Assembly (NCBI GenBank): GCA_049724395.1
Contig: JAUGWO010000042.1
Span: forward strand, 124,001-188,000
DNA: 64,000 nt
From: Spongospora subterranea f. sp. subterranea
Lineage: Eukaryota
Direction: 5' to 3'
Part shown: piece by piece, positions 13,888 through 26,146 of the stretch
Numbering within the stretch: position 1 is the first letter of the stretch
Layout of the letters: each line of letters begins with the position of its first letter
The notes under the pieces: generated by a model
Seen by the model: only the letters and a program-made list of their open reading frames with translations
Told to the model about the DNA's origin: nothing
The model's database searches: none
Position numbers and translations under genes: made by a program

Positions 13888-15318
13888 ATGTCGTTTTATA
13901 TCGGAGCTGTTTTGAACCTGGTTGGTTCGATATCAATGTAAATGCCAGTTGGCACCTGATTGCTGTTTCCGCAACCGGAAGATTTACGTTGGTTTTTCAT
14001 CAGCAATACTGGATCAAACCTGATCAAGTACAGTCATGTGGTGAAAGAGGAGCTTCCACAGCAGCCCGACCCGAAGCGGTATAATGCCCATAGGATATGG
14101 CTGATTGGAATTGTGATATTTGTTCTGGGGAATATACTCAACTTTGTCTCATTTTCTTATGGCTCCCAATCGATGCTGTCCGCTCTCGGGTCTGTCCAAT
14201 TCGTAACCAATTTGTTGTATTCAAGGGCGTTTTTCAATGTTGCTATCGATGGATATTCTCAGATAGCCACGTTCGTCATCTTATTGGGGAACGTGACTAT
14301 TGTGCTGTTTAGCGAGTTAAACCCTCGAACCAATTTCACGGCGTCTGAACTTATTCAGATGATGTACGCCCCCGCCTATCTAGCTTATCTGATATCGGCT
14401 GCTTGCCTGATCGTGATCTTTCAATCTGTTCATGTCAAGATCGAAAACGACAAAAAGCGATTCGCCATTTTACAATGCCGTTTATCTAACCCGTAATGAT
14501 TTGAGTCTAAACACTTTCTTGCTAACACCAAACTGAACGTGCAACAGGAAACCTGTTCCAAAAATTTCAAATAATATCAGCATTGTATGCTTCTCATTAT
14601 TATCTGGGGTTGTTGGAACCCAATCGGTATTTCGACCCATTATTCATCGCAGTGATGTCGCTTCATGCTCAACTGTTCCTCAAGGTATTGCTGGCCAAAT
14701 CGGTGTCGGCGCTTCTGAAGGAGACCTTAGCCGGATCGAATCAGCTGGGAAATCCTTTCACGTACTTGATCATTGCTGCTTGGCTAACCGTGTTGATATT
14801 TTGGGTATGTCTGTCAACAATCAAAGATGGATGACAAAATACAAACGCGTACACAGTTGGCGAGAATGCATAAAGCGCTCATGTTTGATGCCACATTTAT
14901 CATCCCCCTTCTTCAAGTAATCTGGTATATTTCCATAATTTGGGCAAATCATCCAGTTGGTAATATGTCACGCCCCCTCAGGATCGTTTTCTCAATCGCA
15001 TCTGGCGGAATCTATTTTCAGGTAATCGATCTCTGCTGTATCACTCCGATCTAATCATGTGATGGTGTCTAGGAATTTTCTAAATTCGAAGCGTTCCAGG
15101 CCGCATGTTTCGGGCTGGGCGTCGTTCTGATCGTGATTGGCGTCGTCATACTGGCCCAGTCTGGAGTCGACGACGGATCGCCAAAAGATGTCATACCGCA
15201 AGCGAAGCCGATATTCTTGACCGTTTTCAACTTGGACGATATTCTCGCCGTGTCGTCTGTTGGTGCTCGCTTGAATTCCCGGGTTGTCAGCCACGCCCCC
15301 AATCAAAGGCCGCTATAA
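13888..15318 (+). CDS. NIPA-like Mg2+ transporter (DMT superfamily), multi-exon
   Basis: Spliced: MSFYIGAVLNLVGSISINTGSNLIKYSH..WLIGIVIFVLGNILNFVSFSYGSQSMLSALGSVQFV..SGVVGTQS..FDATFIIPLLQ..SIASGGIYFQEF. Confidence 0.85.
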
Positions 15319-15389
15319 CAAGCCCTCATAACTCGTTGCCATATGTTCACGTTTATAACGATGTAAATAAATTAAAAAGAAATCCTGCC

Positions 15390-15954
15390 TTACGAGTTCC
15401 TTCTTAGGTTTTCAATTGCTTCTGAGAATCCCAGAAACGCAGCCATCACTGCGTCTTCATCGACAACAAAATCAGGGATCTTGGTCGCATTGTCGAAGAT
15501 GGATGCCATTCCGTCTATTTGGGTTTGATACTTTTCCGTAAACTTTTCCAATACTTGATTAGCTAAATTCTGCATCAGCAATACGTCGGGATCATCTTCA
15601 TAGAATACGGCGGCGACAAGCTGCTCGTGATCAGCACATGTCATATTGAGGCCATGGCTATCGGTAAATCCCATCGAGGGTGTACCTCCAGATCTCTTGC
15701 TTGCCCGCGCTGGTAATGATGCAAACCTAGAATGAAATGGTGCCGATGACCTGGGCCGGTCGATCTTTGCCGATTCCTGGAACGTCACTCGCGAAACTTC
15801 TTCCATCGTTTTCGATTTCACGCGCCAGCTGATAGAAAAACTGCACCAGACCGCAAATTTTCCCTCGACTTTGATCACCTTTCCATTGCCCCCAACTTTC
15901 GCTAAACAGGCATACGCCTGATGCGCGCTCATAAATAACCACGCGCCGCAACAT
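15390..15954 (-). CDS. Uncharacterised longin-like protein with an apparent 1-bp frameshift near 15800
   Basis: MLRRVVIYERASGVCLF..ICGLVQFFYQLAREIE continues in another frame as EVSRVTFQ..LVAAVFYE..VLEKFTEKY. The longin-like call is pattern-based. Confidence 0.5.
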
Positions 15955-16439
15955 ACCGAACCCTCATCAATTTCCGGATTGAGATTTCTGATTCGCCACA
16001 CCAGAGATCATGCGATGGGAGTACCCAGTAGAGGATACACACTCTAATATACACTAATCTCCCACCAACCCACGCACAGCAGTGCACTGGCGGCAACAAA
16101 TCTCCCAGACGCGACCAGCCCAGCCTGTCTGAAATACGACTGTATCATCGGTCCGCCGAATAAGTTTTGGAGTTCCAGTGCAATCCACAACTGTATATTC
16201 TGGTAGATCCGTGGAGGCAGTGCTGGCGCGCCTCAGGGCACAGATGGATGACGATGACGACGACGAACTGATCCAGCAAGCAATGAATGACATCATAGGT
16301 GAAAATTTACGTCGAAAACCAGGCGATTCTTTACCTTGGCTGGATTCTGAGCAATGCTCAGCCACGACTTAGCCAACTGCGTTTCCTCTTCGAAGAGAAA
16401 AAAATCTCTCTCAAGCGTCAACGTGACGTTGTTCGCTTG

Positions 16440-17203
16440 CCAGCACTCCAATGCCCCGCAGAGATTAGGGAAAATCCGAAAATGTACCCCTATTTCCAAG
16501 ATTGTATCGGGGACATTGATGGAACTCATATTCCGTGCACTCCTGTTCGAGGGGTTTCGAGACCGTTCCGCAATCGAAAAGGCTACTATAGTCAAAATGC
16601 CCTGGCAGCATGCACATTCGACATGCGATTTACATACGTTCTCGCAGGGTGGGAGGGATCGGCATCCGACGGTGGTGTCTTCGCAGATGCGTATTTCATA
16701 AAGGCGTTGCGATCCCGCCAGGTAAATATTACCTAGGAGATGCCGGATATGCAAACAAAAGCACTGTTCTAACTCCATATCGCGGTGTGCGATATCACCT
16801 TCGCGAATGGTCTTTAGGTAACCAGCGTCCGCAAAACCCCAAGGAATTGTACAACCTCAGACACGCACAGCAACGAAACGCAATTGAGCGTATATGTGGT
16901 GTTTTGAAAAAGAGGTTTCCGCTGCTTATGGCCACGCCTGAGCATCCATATGCGACGCAGGTAAAGCTCGTCTATGCGCTGTGTGCACTTCATAATATTA
17001 TCATGGATCACGAGAGCGATTCTTTCTTTATGGACCAAGCCGACGATGACCTTGAGCATCGCAATTCGTCGATTCGAAATAATCGTTCATCTGACATTGA
17101 ACGCGATACTTCAGAGGAACAAGCAGCACGAGCCATGCGCGATAACATTGCCAAAAACATGTGGAACGACTATCAACAACACATAAATATTACAACAATG
17201 TAA
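16440..17203 (+). pseudogene. Harbinger (HARBI1/DDE_Tnp_4) transposase, N-truncated and frameshifted near 16700
   Basis: YFQDCIGDIDGTHIP, RNRKGYYSQN, LAGWEGSASD, YYLGDAGY, LTPYRGVRYHLREW, RNAIERICGVLKKRF, ALHN. Confidence 0.9.
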
Positions 17204-17229
17204 TCGCGACAATTATAGACTGTATTACA

Positions 17230-18169
17230 AGTTGTTTCGGCTTGAATTCTTAGCGATCTGTTGCCTCGCAAAGGCGTCGCGAGCGCCTCCAGACAGCGAG
17301 AGATAGATAGTGGCATTGTGTCCTTCGGCTAACGTAGTCGCAAGCAACGCGAGGTCTTCATCGCTTTCAAGGCCGATGTAGTTTTCCGTCATATGCACAG
17401 AGCGCTGGATAGGCGATCCTCAGGAGTGACCGGACGGTTGACTTGCTGAGACAAAATCAATTCCGCTTTACGCCTGGACTCCCCCAAGTCGACGTACTTC
17501 GCCATGGCCTGGCCGATCATCATTCCGGCCGATCTCCGGTCGACTTTCATACAGCTACTTTTTTGCGAGGTGGTTTCGAGCTTTGTGAAAATTCTTCCGG
17601 TGAGGCTGCCCTCCTGCGACGGATGCGGGGATCGTTGGGGGTGGAAAATGAGTTGAATGCAGATGGCGACATCGTGTCAAACGATGGAGACGGAGACGTC
17701 TTCGCTTTCGCCGACCAGAACCGTGTGAGAGGGAAAGAATCCAGGGGGCATGCCCGCTCTCCTGTAGCGACGGCACCGCTGAGCAGGACCGTTAACGAAT
17801 CATGCAGCGGGAATGGTGTCGTCCGAAATTTCCTAAAATTTTTGTTGGTTTCAATCACCGCTGCCCACACTTCGTGAGGGGCTGTCGGGACTTGCGTGAG
17901 GTCATCCCATCCGAACCCTGAATTGTTTTTTAAGTATGTAAAATCCTTGAAGTCTTTCTTCAAGCATCCAGACGGGACTTGATCTTCCCCGAAAGTAGAC
18001 TGCATTTGAATTGTTTGTTAAATGCTAAAGTTACCGCCGACCAGGCTTCTTTCTTGAAGATTGTGTCGGCGCGCTTGCCCATATCCGCCTGAGCCTGCAG
18101 CTGCGCGACTAGGAATTGGTCCTTGGTTGCATCCCATACGGCTCTGTGATGGTTCTCCGATGGCGTCAT
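17230..18169 (-). pseudogene. Harbinger Myb/SANT-like DNA-binding ORF, frameshifted
   Basis: AVWDATKDQFLV..GKRADTIFKKEAW..KIKSRL, then LKNNSGFGWD..APHEVW..FRTTPFPLHDSL in a second frame. Confidence 0.85.
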
Positions 18170-18578
18170 TGTTGTGTGGGGAAACCGTCTGGGGAACCGT
18201 CTGGGGAACGTCTGGGGAACGGCACAACTCTTTGAAACTGCGCAATTGAGTGTCTGGCAAACAGTCGCTCATTATGGCATAATGATGATCAAAATGACAT
18301 AATGGACTATGGCGTTATGGAGAAACGGGCGAAATGACATAATGCAACTCCGTGGTTGCCAGGCGCACTCTAATTTTTCTCTAAAAAAGAGGAAACGCAG
18401 TTGGCTTAAGTTTTCAGGATCCAGCCAAGGGCACGGGACAGAAATCGGCGGATTTTCCGTCGGCTGTACAATATTTTCCGTCTTCAGTCGTGCGGTTGGG
18501 TTCCGAAACTGTAAAATACCGCTATTGCAGAGTTTACAGTTCTGCGGTGGAGATGCTCTAATAAGGTGTACTGTATTC

Positions 18579-19997
18579 TTACAAATGTTGAAGATTGTCA
18601 TGGTTGACGGCTTGCAAATAGGCGGTGTCGTTGAAGGAAGATGTGGCCCATCTGGGAGGTGCAGTGGAGAAGCTCCATGAACTGCAGGTATATGAGATAG
18701 CATGAAGCCAGATTTCTGAACAAAAAAGGCCTCCTTGGCTGGAAGGATCAGCTGGAACGAACTGATCTTTGGACATATTGCATTCCGGACATTTCGCGAC
18801 TTTATTTTTGAGAATGTCTTTGTTGAACTCTCGCAAACGGTCATCGTCATCGAGACCAAGGTATGTGTTGCCTTTGCATAGCTTACCACCATAACATGGG
18901 TCGTTTGCAATTGGAAACCCAAGATGCTGTAAATGAACTCGAATCTGATGTGTACGACCAGTTATCGGATAGCACAACACAACGCTGGTATTCCCATTGA
19001 AGTTCAACCTTCGGAAGGCTGTGCAGCATGGCTTGCCTGAAACCGGGCAAACTGCAAACGTTGAAAACTTTTGCGATGTGCAGACGATTGGATCATTAGA
19101 TACAACCCATGAAGAATCGTCCACATCATTATCAATCTCAGCAAGACATGACGGGGTCGTTGGCTCCACGAACGAGTCATGTTCGGCATTAGTTTTTAAA
19201 GGGAACTCTCCGGATACCTATATCAATAAATCAGAATATTTTGATATTTAATACCGCCTATAATATGTACTCGCGCTAAATAAAATTTATTCACTTGTCG
19301 AGACTCGATTATGGAGCATATTGATCGTGCAGTTTCTGCATTTAGAGCCATTACAAGAACGCCAGATGTCAACCTATTAGCGGGTTAGAAATGATATTAA
19401 TTCTGAGTGGGTTGGGGACCTGTCTAATCGATGAACTGGCATTGCGCCATCAATGTCAAGATTCCTGGCTAAAGAATACACAACGGAGTTGTACTGATAG
19501 CGGCCACATGGATGAACAGGAATAGAGGACGGCTTGTCGATTACAATCATGTCCAAACACTTATGGATAATGTGATCGGCGGTCAGCGTTCGAACAGGAG
19601 GTTCGTGCCTGTGAGCCATGTGTTCAAGACTATCCGCCGCTGAAAAGCAATATTCGGGCTGGAATGGTACACCATTGATCAGAAGGCGACCATCTGCAGC
19701 ACCTTCAGCGAAATATTCTCGCGAGTATGCATTGAACTCCTCAGCCAAAACTTCAACGACACTGCGGCCAATCCAACGGTGTTTGCAATTGGCGAAGAAC
19801 GATACGGCGTATGGAGCTACTCTGGATATTCCCCCGCAATCTAGAAATGTTGTACACTCAAATCCTGACCATTTTACAGCCGGCTGCAATTTGAGGCATT
19901 TCAAAGTTTGTTTCTTTTCGTGTCGCCATTCCGCCTTACGCCGACGTCTACTCTCTAGCCTTGACACAGGAGGGTTAATCTCGCCAGGTAATTCCAT
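18579..19997 (-). CDS. RluA-family pseudouridine synthase (RPUSD2/RIB2-like), 3 exons
   Basis: HRHEPPV, IDKPSSIPVHPCGRY, HRLDR|LTSG across an intron, PITGRTHQIRVHLQHLGFPIANDPCY, IWLHA. Confidence 0.92.
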
Positions 19998-20166
19998 TTG
20001 ACGGCAATCAGAAGGCACCGGACGGGACTACACTACCAAAGTAGAGCAAACTGTAGTCGCATTAACTGCGCACAGATTATTGCGCGAGCACAACAGACAT
20101 TCTCCAACATCAACATTTCGCAGACTTCAAAAAACCCTTTTTATTGACGCTTTGAATCGGTCAGGA

Positions 20167-21574
20167 TCAGTTACCAGTCCAAGTCTCATACTGGAAACAG
20201 ACGTCTAACACTCTTTGAGTGAGGGATACTTTCCGGGCATCTTTACCTTGTTTTCGTCCTTGGGAGTATTGAAGCACAGCGAATTTACCGCTCCATCTCC
20301 AGTCTACAAACATATCGGATAGACGGCTTTCCAGTCCTGATTTCAACCCAACGCATGGGTCTGACTTGTTCGTCCGTAATGCAACTAAAGGCGGTCCTTG
20401 TGCAAGCTTTTCGCCGATAGCGAGCTGGAACGGTGTTGTAGCAGGAAATTTACAGTCATATACCAGTTTCCTGTAATTCAAGTCGCCTTTGAATATCAGC
20501 AACTGTGAACTTGATAGTTCTGAATATAGTCCAGGAGCCAAGTCAGGCAAGTGGCGATACGCCCAAAATGAACACCAGAAAGGATGGCTAGTAACAACCC
20601 AAGAACCATCTGAAATATAAGACCTCCATCGAGAAACAATGGTTTCGAAACAGTTAACATTATGCTGGGAAAGCTTGGCTGAACCTTCCAACAAGTCGAG
20701 TAACTCATGAAAGTCACTTGGCATTGTGTCCGAGACGAACCAAGGTATAGTTTTACAATGGAAAACAGTTTTACCAGCTAAACCCGTTCGATGAAGATAG
20801 TCTGCAAGCAAAAGGTCTCCAAAAAGTTCAAACCCTAAACAAGCAGGCGATGAATAATTTGTCATAGCTCAAGCGAACACAAGATACCGCTGTTGTCAAG
20901 GATAAAATCGATACGAACATTGCTACAGGTAGATATATATCGGCAAACATCTTCAAGGTCATTTGCGATTATATTAGATTCTCCTGACCCTTGTTTCATC
21001 TCCCCCATTTCTTTACTGGACATTCCAGCGAACATGCTGAGATCTGTGGCATTACCCCATAATGAAAGAAGAAACAATTCTCGTAACAGCTCAGGATGGA
21101 AGGAGCTAATAACTGCAACGGGACGAGAAACCAGATCCTTCATAGTATCTATAGAATTCAGAAGCGATTCTCTTTTTTGGACCAAAAACGGATCATAATT
21201 TTCATATCCCTTCGAACGCCGTAAAACATTATAAACGCGACGGTAAAGGTAGCACTCAGCAAATAGCCATGACGCTGAATAAAACGTTGCATGAGGAAAA
21301 AAAATTGAGCAATGGCCTTGTTCCATTGGTTCCAGTCAGGAATATTATCTGGTAAAAGTGCCTGCAAGCTGCGCTCGTGCTTTATATCATCTAGAATGCT
21401 TTTGATTCCTTCTACAGCATGCTGACTATCAGTGTCGGCGCCGTTCCGGTCTGATGATATACGCTCTGCTATTTGCGACAAGATGATCGGCCATCGCTGG
21501 TTTACGGTCGGGTTGGCAAACCCAACTGGATCGGCGCCACAATAGAATGGATAGGGAGGTGATTGCGGCGACAT
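20167..21574 (-). CDS. ARMT1: DUF89/ARMT1 damage-control phosphatase; apparent frameshift in the homopolymer at 21297-21304
   Basis: RWPIIL, WLFAECYLYRR, YDPF..K, SLWGNATDLS, ILDNS|GFELFGD, PWFVSD, IFKGDLNYRKL, LRTNKSD. Confidence 0.9.
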
Positions 21575-21861
21575 TGCTGAATTAGTCACGCAAGAAAAGC
21601 GATTGTGGCGCCGCAACCTCATCACAGACTTTCTCATTTGGAAAGCGCGTTAACGCCTGACGTGTATAGTGAAACACAATAATCAACTTTCACATAAACA
21701 GTTCAGTGTCTGGGGAGAACAAAACCTGATCTCGGAGATCGCATTGTTCCGTAAAAATCACAGGACATTTGTGTACTCTAGGTGAAGAATAGTACGGACA
21801 GAACTTCAGAGAGAAACGATCGACAACTTGGTCAGTGCTCCAAGAAGGTTAACCGGCTATT

Positions 21862-22256
21862 ATGCCCAAACCAGAGCATCGCATCGTACATCGAAGGACC
21901 TCTGATCATACGGGACGGTTCGAAATTGAGAACATAGGAGCGTTTGTTGAGTATGCAATATGGAAGGATCACGACCGGGTGTTTCTGGAAATTCCGCACA
22001 CGTTTACTCCTCCTCAATATCGTGGCCAAGGATTGGCTGGACTTGTGACAGAATATGCTTTCAAATATGCCATTGACCATGCCATGTTAATTATTCCAAC
22101 CTGTACATGTAAGATGACATGGATACTGATTCTGGTAGGTTCTGATAGGTTTCAGACGTGTCAGGGTTATTTCTTGACCGGAATGTCCACCTGGCGCAAT
22201 ATGTCCATTTTCCAGGCATTGACAGCGAACTCAAACCTGCAAATCTGCCAGAATAA
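21862..22256 (+). CDS. GNAT acetyltransferase, NATD1/YjdJ type, 2 exons
   Basis: HTFTPPQYRGQGLAG..IIPTCT|YV after removing one GT-AG intron. Confidence 0.85.
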
Positions 22257-22274
22257 CATATATATAACATTTGA

Positions 22275-23332
22275 CTAATTGCCAGGTTTAAATATTGTGA
22301 ACAAAAATGTACAAATCGATGATATCGCAGCAATGGTGGAAAATATTTTGATATCATGTAGACGTCGGTCAACCTTGGCTTGATGTGCTTCCATATCGTG
22401 CCGGTCATCTATAACACCGTCTCTAAGTACGACGGTTTCCAGCGATTTTTCTTTAGGTACGTCGGGAATCTGGTTTTGATGCTCAATCTGGGATTGAACA
22501 GCTATCAAAGGATGTTGGACAGTAATAACTGGAGCAGTCGCCACAGCTAATCGATCAAACGCAGACTCGATAGACTCAAGTCGTTTGTGTATCTTTTCTT
22601 GACGCGATGATGCAGATATGCTGGAACCAATCGCCCCTATCATGGCTCCGATAACAGTGGCCAAAACATTGAAATACTGGCGAAAACGGATTTAGCAAAA
22701 AAAAATTTAGACCATAACAGTTTTAAACCTTGCTCCTGTCAACATCGATAGTATTGGCGTATTCAAGCGCAGACAATAGTTTTTCGAATTGCTGCCTAGA
22801 CGGGAAAATTCAATGTCCGAATCAGGAGAGATTAATGTAAATGCACCTCTCTTTTGACTGAGCTACAGTTATTTCAGCAATACAAGACTGCTCTTGTCGT
22901 AATAACATATGCTCTTCCTGAACGAGCTTTGGATAACGTAGATCGGTTCGCGGGAGGCAGTCTATTTGCTCTCGCAATGTTGATAGCTGCGATCTAACCG
23001 ATTCCATAGATTTCTCAGCAGCTTCAATCGATCTGTTCGGTAGAAAGCACCTGTCAAATGCCGTCCACATCGCTCGGCAAGTACAATAGGTACCGCCTAT
23101 AGTTGATCAGGCCAGATCTCGATTGCTGGATACTATTCTGAGCGGAATTTAGTCGGTTCATTCCGCTGACTTCACCATAAATCTGCATCATCCTCGATTT
23201 AGAAACTTGTTGCGCTAACGTCTTCCCGAGTGTCGCCAACTCTGATGCAATCGATGACAGCGCCATACCATTGGGCGTTAAAAACAAGGCGCTTAACAGA
23301 GTCCGTGATAAATGTAAATCAAGCGGTTCCAT
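22275..23332 (-). CDS. CCDC51 (MITOK)/She9-Mdm33-like mitochondrial inner-membrane coiled-coil protein, 4 exons
   Basis: YGEVSGMNRLNSAQ..LPRTDLRYPKLVQEEH..KERQQFEKL..RSKYFNVLATVIGAMIGAIGSS, plus a second hydrophobic segment at the C-terminus. Confidence 0.7.
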
Positions 23333-23470
23333 TCATGACATTTCTCGCCTCTTGGTAATTGTAGCCATACCCTGTCATATTCGCTATGTAAATTATATGG
23401 TAAAAAGCCACAATGGCGAAACTCAGGACAGAGACAAGGACGAGATACACAATTAATCAGACATATGTAT

Positions 23471-24943
23471 TTAAATCATTTTGCTCTGGTCGCGGGCCTG
23501 TCCAATGGCTTCAAAAAAATCCATGGCGCAATCTTCTATCCATGATGGGGAGTTGCGGCAGAATCTTTCCAAAAAACCAACATGCCCGCCGCTTGGTACA
23601 ATGTTCCTGAAAAGTCGGTCAGACGGGGATTGGCTCCAGAACGGAACTCTTACAGGATGATATTCGGATTGACTCGAAATACATCAACAGGGATGGATGC
23701 GGCCAAACAGACCGGATCATCTTCGGACTGAATGCAGAGCAATGGGCATTTGACCAACCCAACTTTATCATCTGTACTACAGGCAGCGTAATACTCCTCA
23801 ACGCTCTCAAACTCACTTGTTGGAATGTTGACCAATTGGTCATACTCCCTCAACGTACGACAAAGGTAGACCTTGTCAACGTTAATGTCCGGATTCTCTC
23901 TGAAAACGTGTTCATGATTCCGAAACCAGAAAATCATCCGCTTGGCGAACGACCGATTCAGGATGTTTTTAGCAAAGGAGTAGGGCCTTTCCATATAAAG
24001 GGCGGTGTGGTCCATGTTAAAGTTTGTACTAACAGCAACAGCGCCATTGATTAAATTTGTATTTAATCGTTCCTCGGCGAGGAATCGGATCAAAATAGTT
24101 CCTCCCATCGAAAATGCTATTATGTATAATGGAGTCTCGGCATCCAAATATTCATTTCGCAAAAGATTGACAACCTGGAGAACAAAAGCTGAGTGATCGA
24201 ATGCGTCAAGAAGTAATAATAAGTGAAGAGACCTCTCTCAGATCAGATGTACGGGCGGCGTTAAAGCTTACCGCTGTACCAAGCTGAGTACCACCGCATC
24301 CGCGATTGTTCATCAACTGTAATGAACGAGTTCAGAATGGAAAAACCATTGATCGAATATGTACTAACAGCACACTGAAAGCCTCGCCTTAATGCCTCCT
24401 TGACCATATGCTTATTGTAGGATGCCATACTATGACCAGTAATGCCTAATAACAGATATCAGAAACGAATGAAAATCAAACCAATCCCGACCATGTAATA
24501 ACAGAAGTGTGTTCTTTTTTCGATCGAAATTCTCTGTTGAGAAGTCAACGGAAACACGAGCACCGCAAGTTAACAAAATTTCCCTCCTGTGAAATTTTGG
24601 AATGACCATCAACGTGTTCTCGAAAACCAGACGATGCCACAGAGTGAATAACTGGATTAGCCTAGAATAGCGATTGAAACTAATTATCATCAAAATATAC
24701 ATACAATTGTACAAACGCAAATGGCAGTTTATAATCCACCATCCTTGGACATAATGATATGATTCTTTCATTGAACTCGGATTTCACATAAACAAGGTTA
24801 TGCTTCTTCAACCTGTTCTCTCAGCACCATAAGCTTTCACCAAAAAATTGCCATAAAACGATAAGTTCTGCCAACCTTTTAACATACCAAGAATATATGT
24901 ACCATATACATATAATAGCAATCAACGGCAGCAAGAACGCCAT
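23471..24943 (-). CDS. ABHD1/2/3 (YheT-like) alpha/beta hydrolase, multi-exon
   Basis: N-terminal TM, LLLHG, NNRGCGG, AFSMGG nucleophile elbow, SEDDPV, GGHVGF. Confidence 0.88.
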
Positions 24944-25083
24944 TGCTGCCGACAGAAAGTGAGGTCAGCAACAGCCTGCTGGCGATTCGCCAACTGGTCG
25001 GTACGACCGATAAGGAGGCGTCCTTCGTCAGTGGTCCCGTTGGTCCGTTGTCCGTGATGATCCCGTGGACTTTGCCCAGCGGA

Positions 25084-25490
25084 ACCCGATCGGATCGGGT
25101 CGGGTTGCTGTAGATTTTGAAGTCGAATTCGGGTCGCTGTAGATTTTGAAGTCGGGTTTGGGTCGGGTTCGGGTCGCTGTAGGTTTTGAAGTCGGGTTTG
25201 GGTCGGGTTCGGGTTGCGGTTTTGCAAAAACCGAATCAAACGCAGAATTGTGAATAAATCACGTTAATTGGTCATTTAAAATTAAGGAGCTAACAAGTTC
25301 AGAATTGCGGAGAAAGAAATATATTCTAACCGATTTGAACCGGTTTCAAACCAGGTCAAACCGGGTTAATTTCGAACCGGTTTGAACCGGGTTTCAATCG
25401 GTTGGGCAGTTTCTGTCAAACCGGTTTGAGCAGTTTGAAAAAAATTTCGCCGGTTTGAAACCGTTGACATGGGTTTCGGGTCGGACTTTT
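25084..25490. repeat. Array of GTAGATTTTGAAGTCG / GGGT(T/C)CGGGT motifs plus palindromic AAACCGGTTT motifs; probable non-autonomous DNA transposon relic
   Basis: Three near-copies of CTGTAGRTTTTGAAGTCG with GGGTTYGGGTC runs at 25100-25215; many AACCGG/CCGGTT motifs at 25328-25465. Confidence 0.7.
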
Positions 25491-25741
25491 TTGACAGCGC
25501 ACTTTTCTGATCAATACGTAGTGAGTGGTGCTTCCCCTAAATTTCTACCAAGAAACCCTGATCTGGAGTTCATTCCGATGGAATTTCTGCCAATCCTACT
25601 GAGGACTGCACGTAATTTTCAACCCCTAAAATCCTCGAGTTTGGATTAGTTTGTAGATCGCCATTAGGGATCAATGCAGCCAGGTACAATCGTAATAACT
25701 GGTCTGGTATATTAATGTACATGCTATACTGATAACAATCT

Positions 25742-26001
25742 TTATATGGGAATCATAGCTTCCAGGAGCGGGACCTTGAAAAATTAGCACCGTCGTTAGA
25801 GCGGGTTATATCATCACAAAGACAATCATTCATTGATACCTTCTCTGAGCCAGCTGTACAACCAACGACCACTATTAGAGGAATGAAGCCCCAATGGATA
25901 ATGGTACGACCGACTTCAATCGCTTGATGCTTGACACGGTCGACCTTGGACCAGATATCATCCTTGGGCTCCGGCGCCCGAAGTCGTCCAGCGCTGAACA
26001 T
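25742..26001 (-). CDS. TOM7: Mitochondrial import receptor subunit Tom7, 2 exons
   Basis: RTIIHWGFIPLIVVVG signature; spliced C-terminus VPLLEAMIPI*. Confidence 0.88.
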
Positions 26002-26146
26002 GGCCTATGATAGTTGAACTCGTCTGTCGTATTATCTGAGATGGAATATTAGTGATCGAGGACCATTGCTTGGTGAATCCGCGCTCACTTGTCGTGAAGG
26101 TGGACGATAACGGGTGTTGATTGACCTGATCCAACTATCAATATCA

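Larger units (their letters stand above)
16440..18370. mobile_element. PIF/Harbinger DNA transposon, defective, left end lost
   Basis: Convergent DDE transposase and Myb/SANT ORFs. The right terminus reads (minus strand) TTA|GAGTGCGCCTGG, a PIF-like TIR next to a TAA/TTA trinucleotide at 18371-18373. Confidence 0.85.

Noticed and set aside
14450..14550. GC donor or GAG acceptor in the NIPA gene
   Set aside because: A canonical GTAATG...CTAAC...CAG intron restores the correct frame.
24922..25239. 105-aa PNPNP/PEPDP repeat ORF
   Set aside because: Translation of the non-coding motif array.
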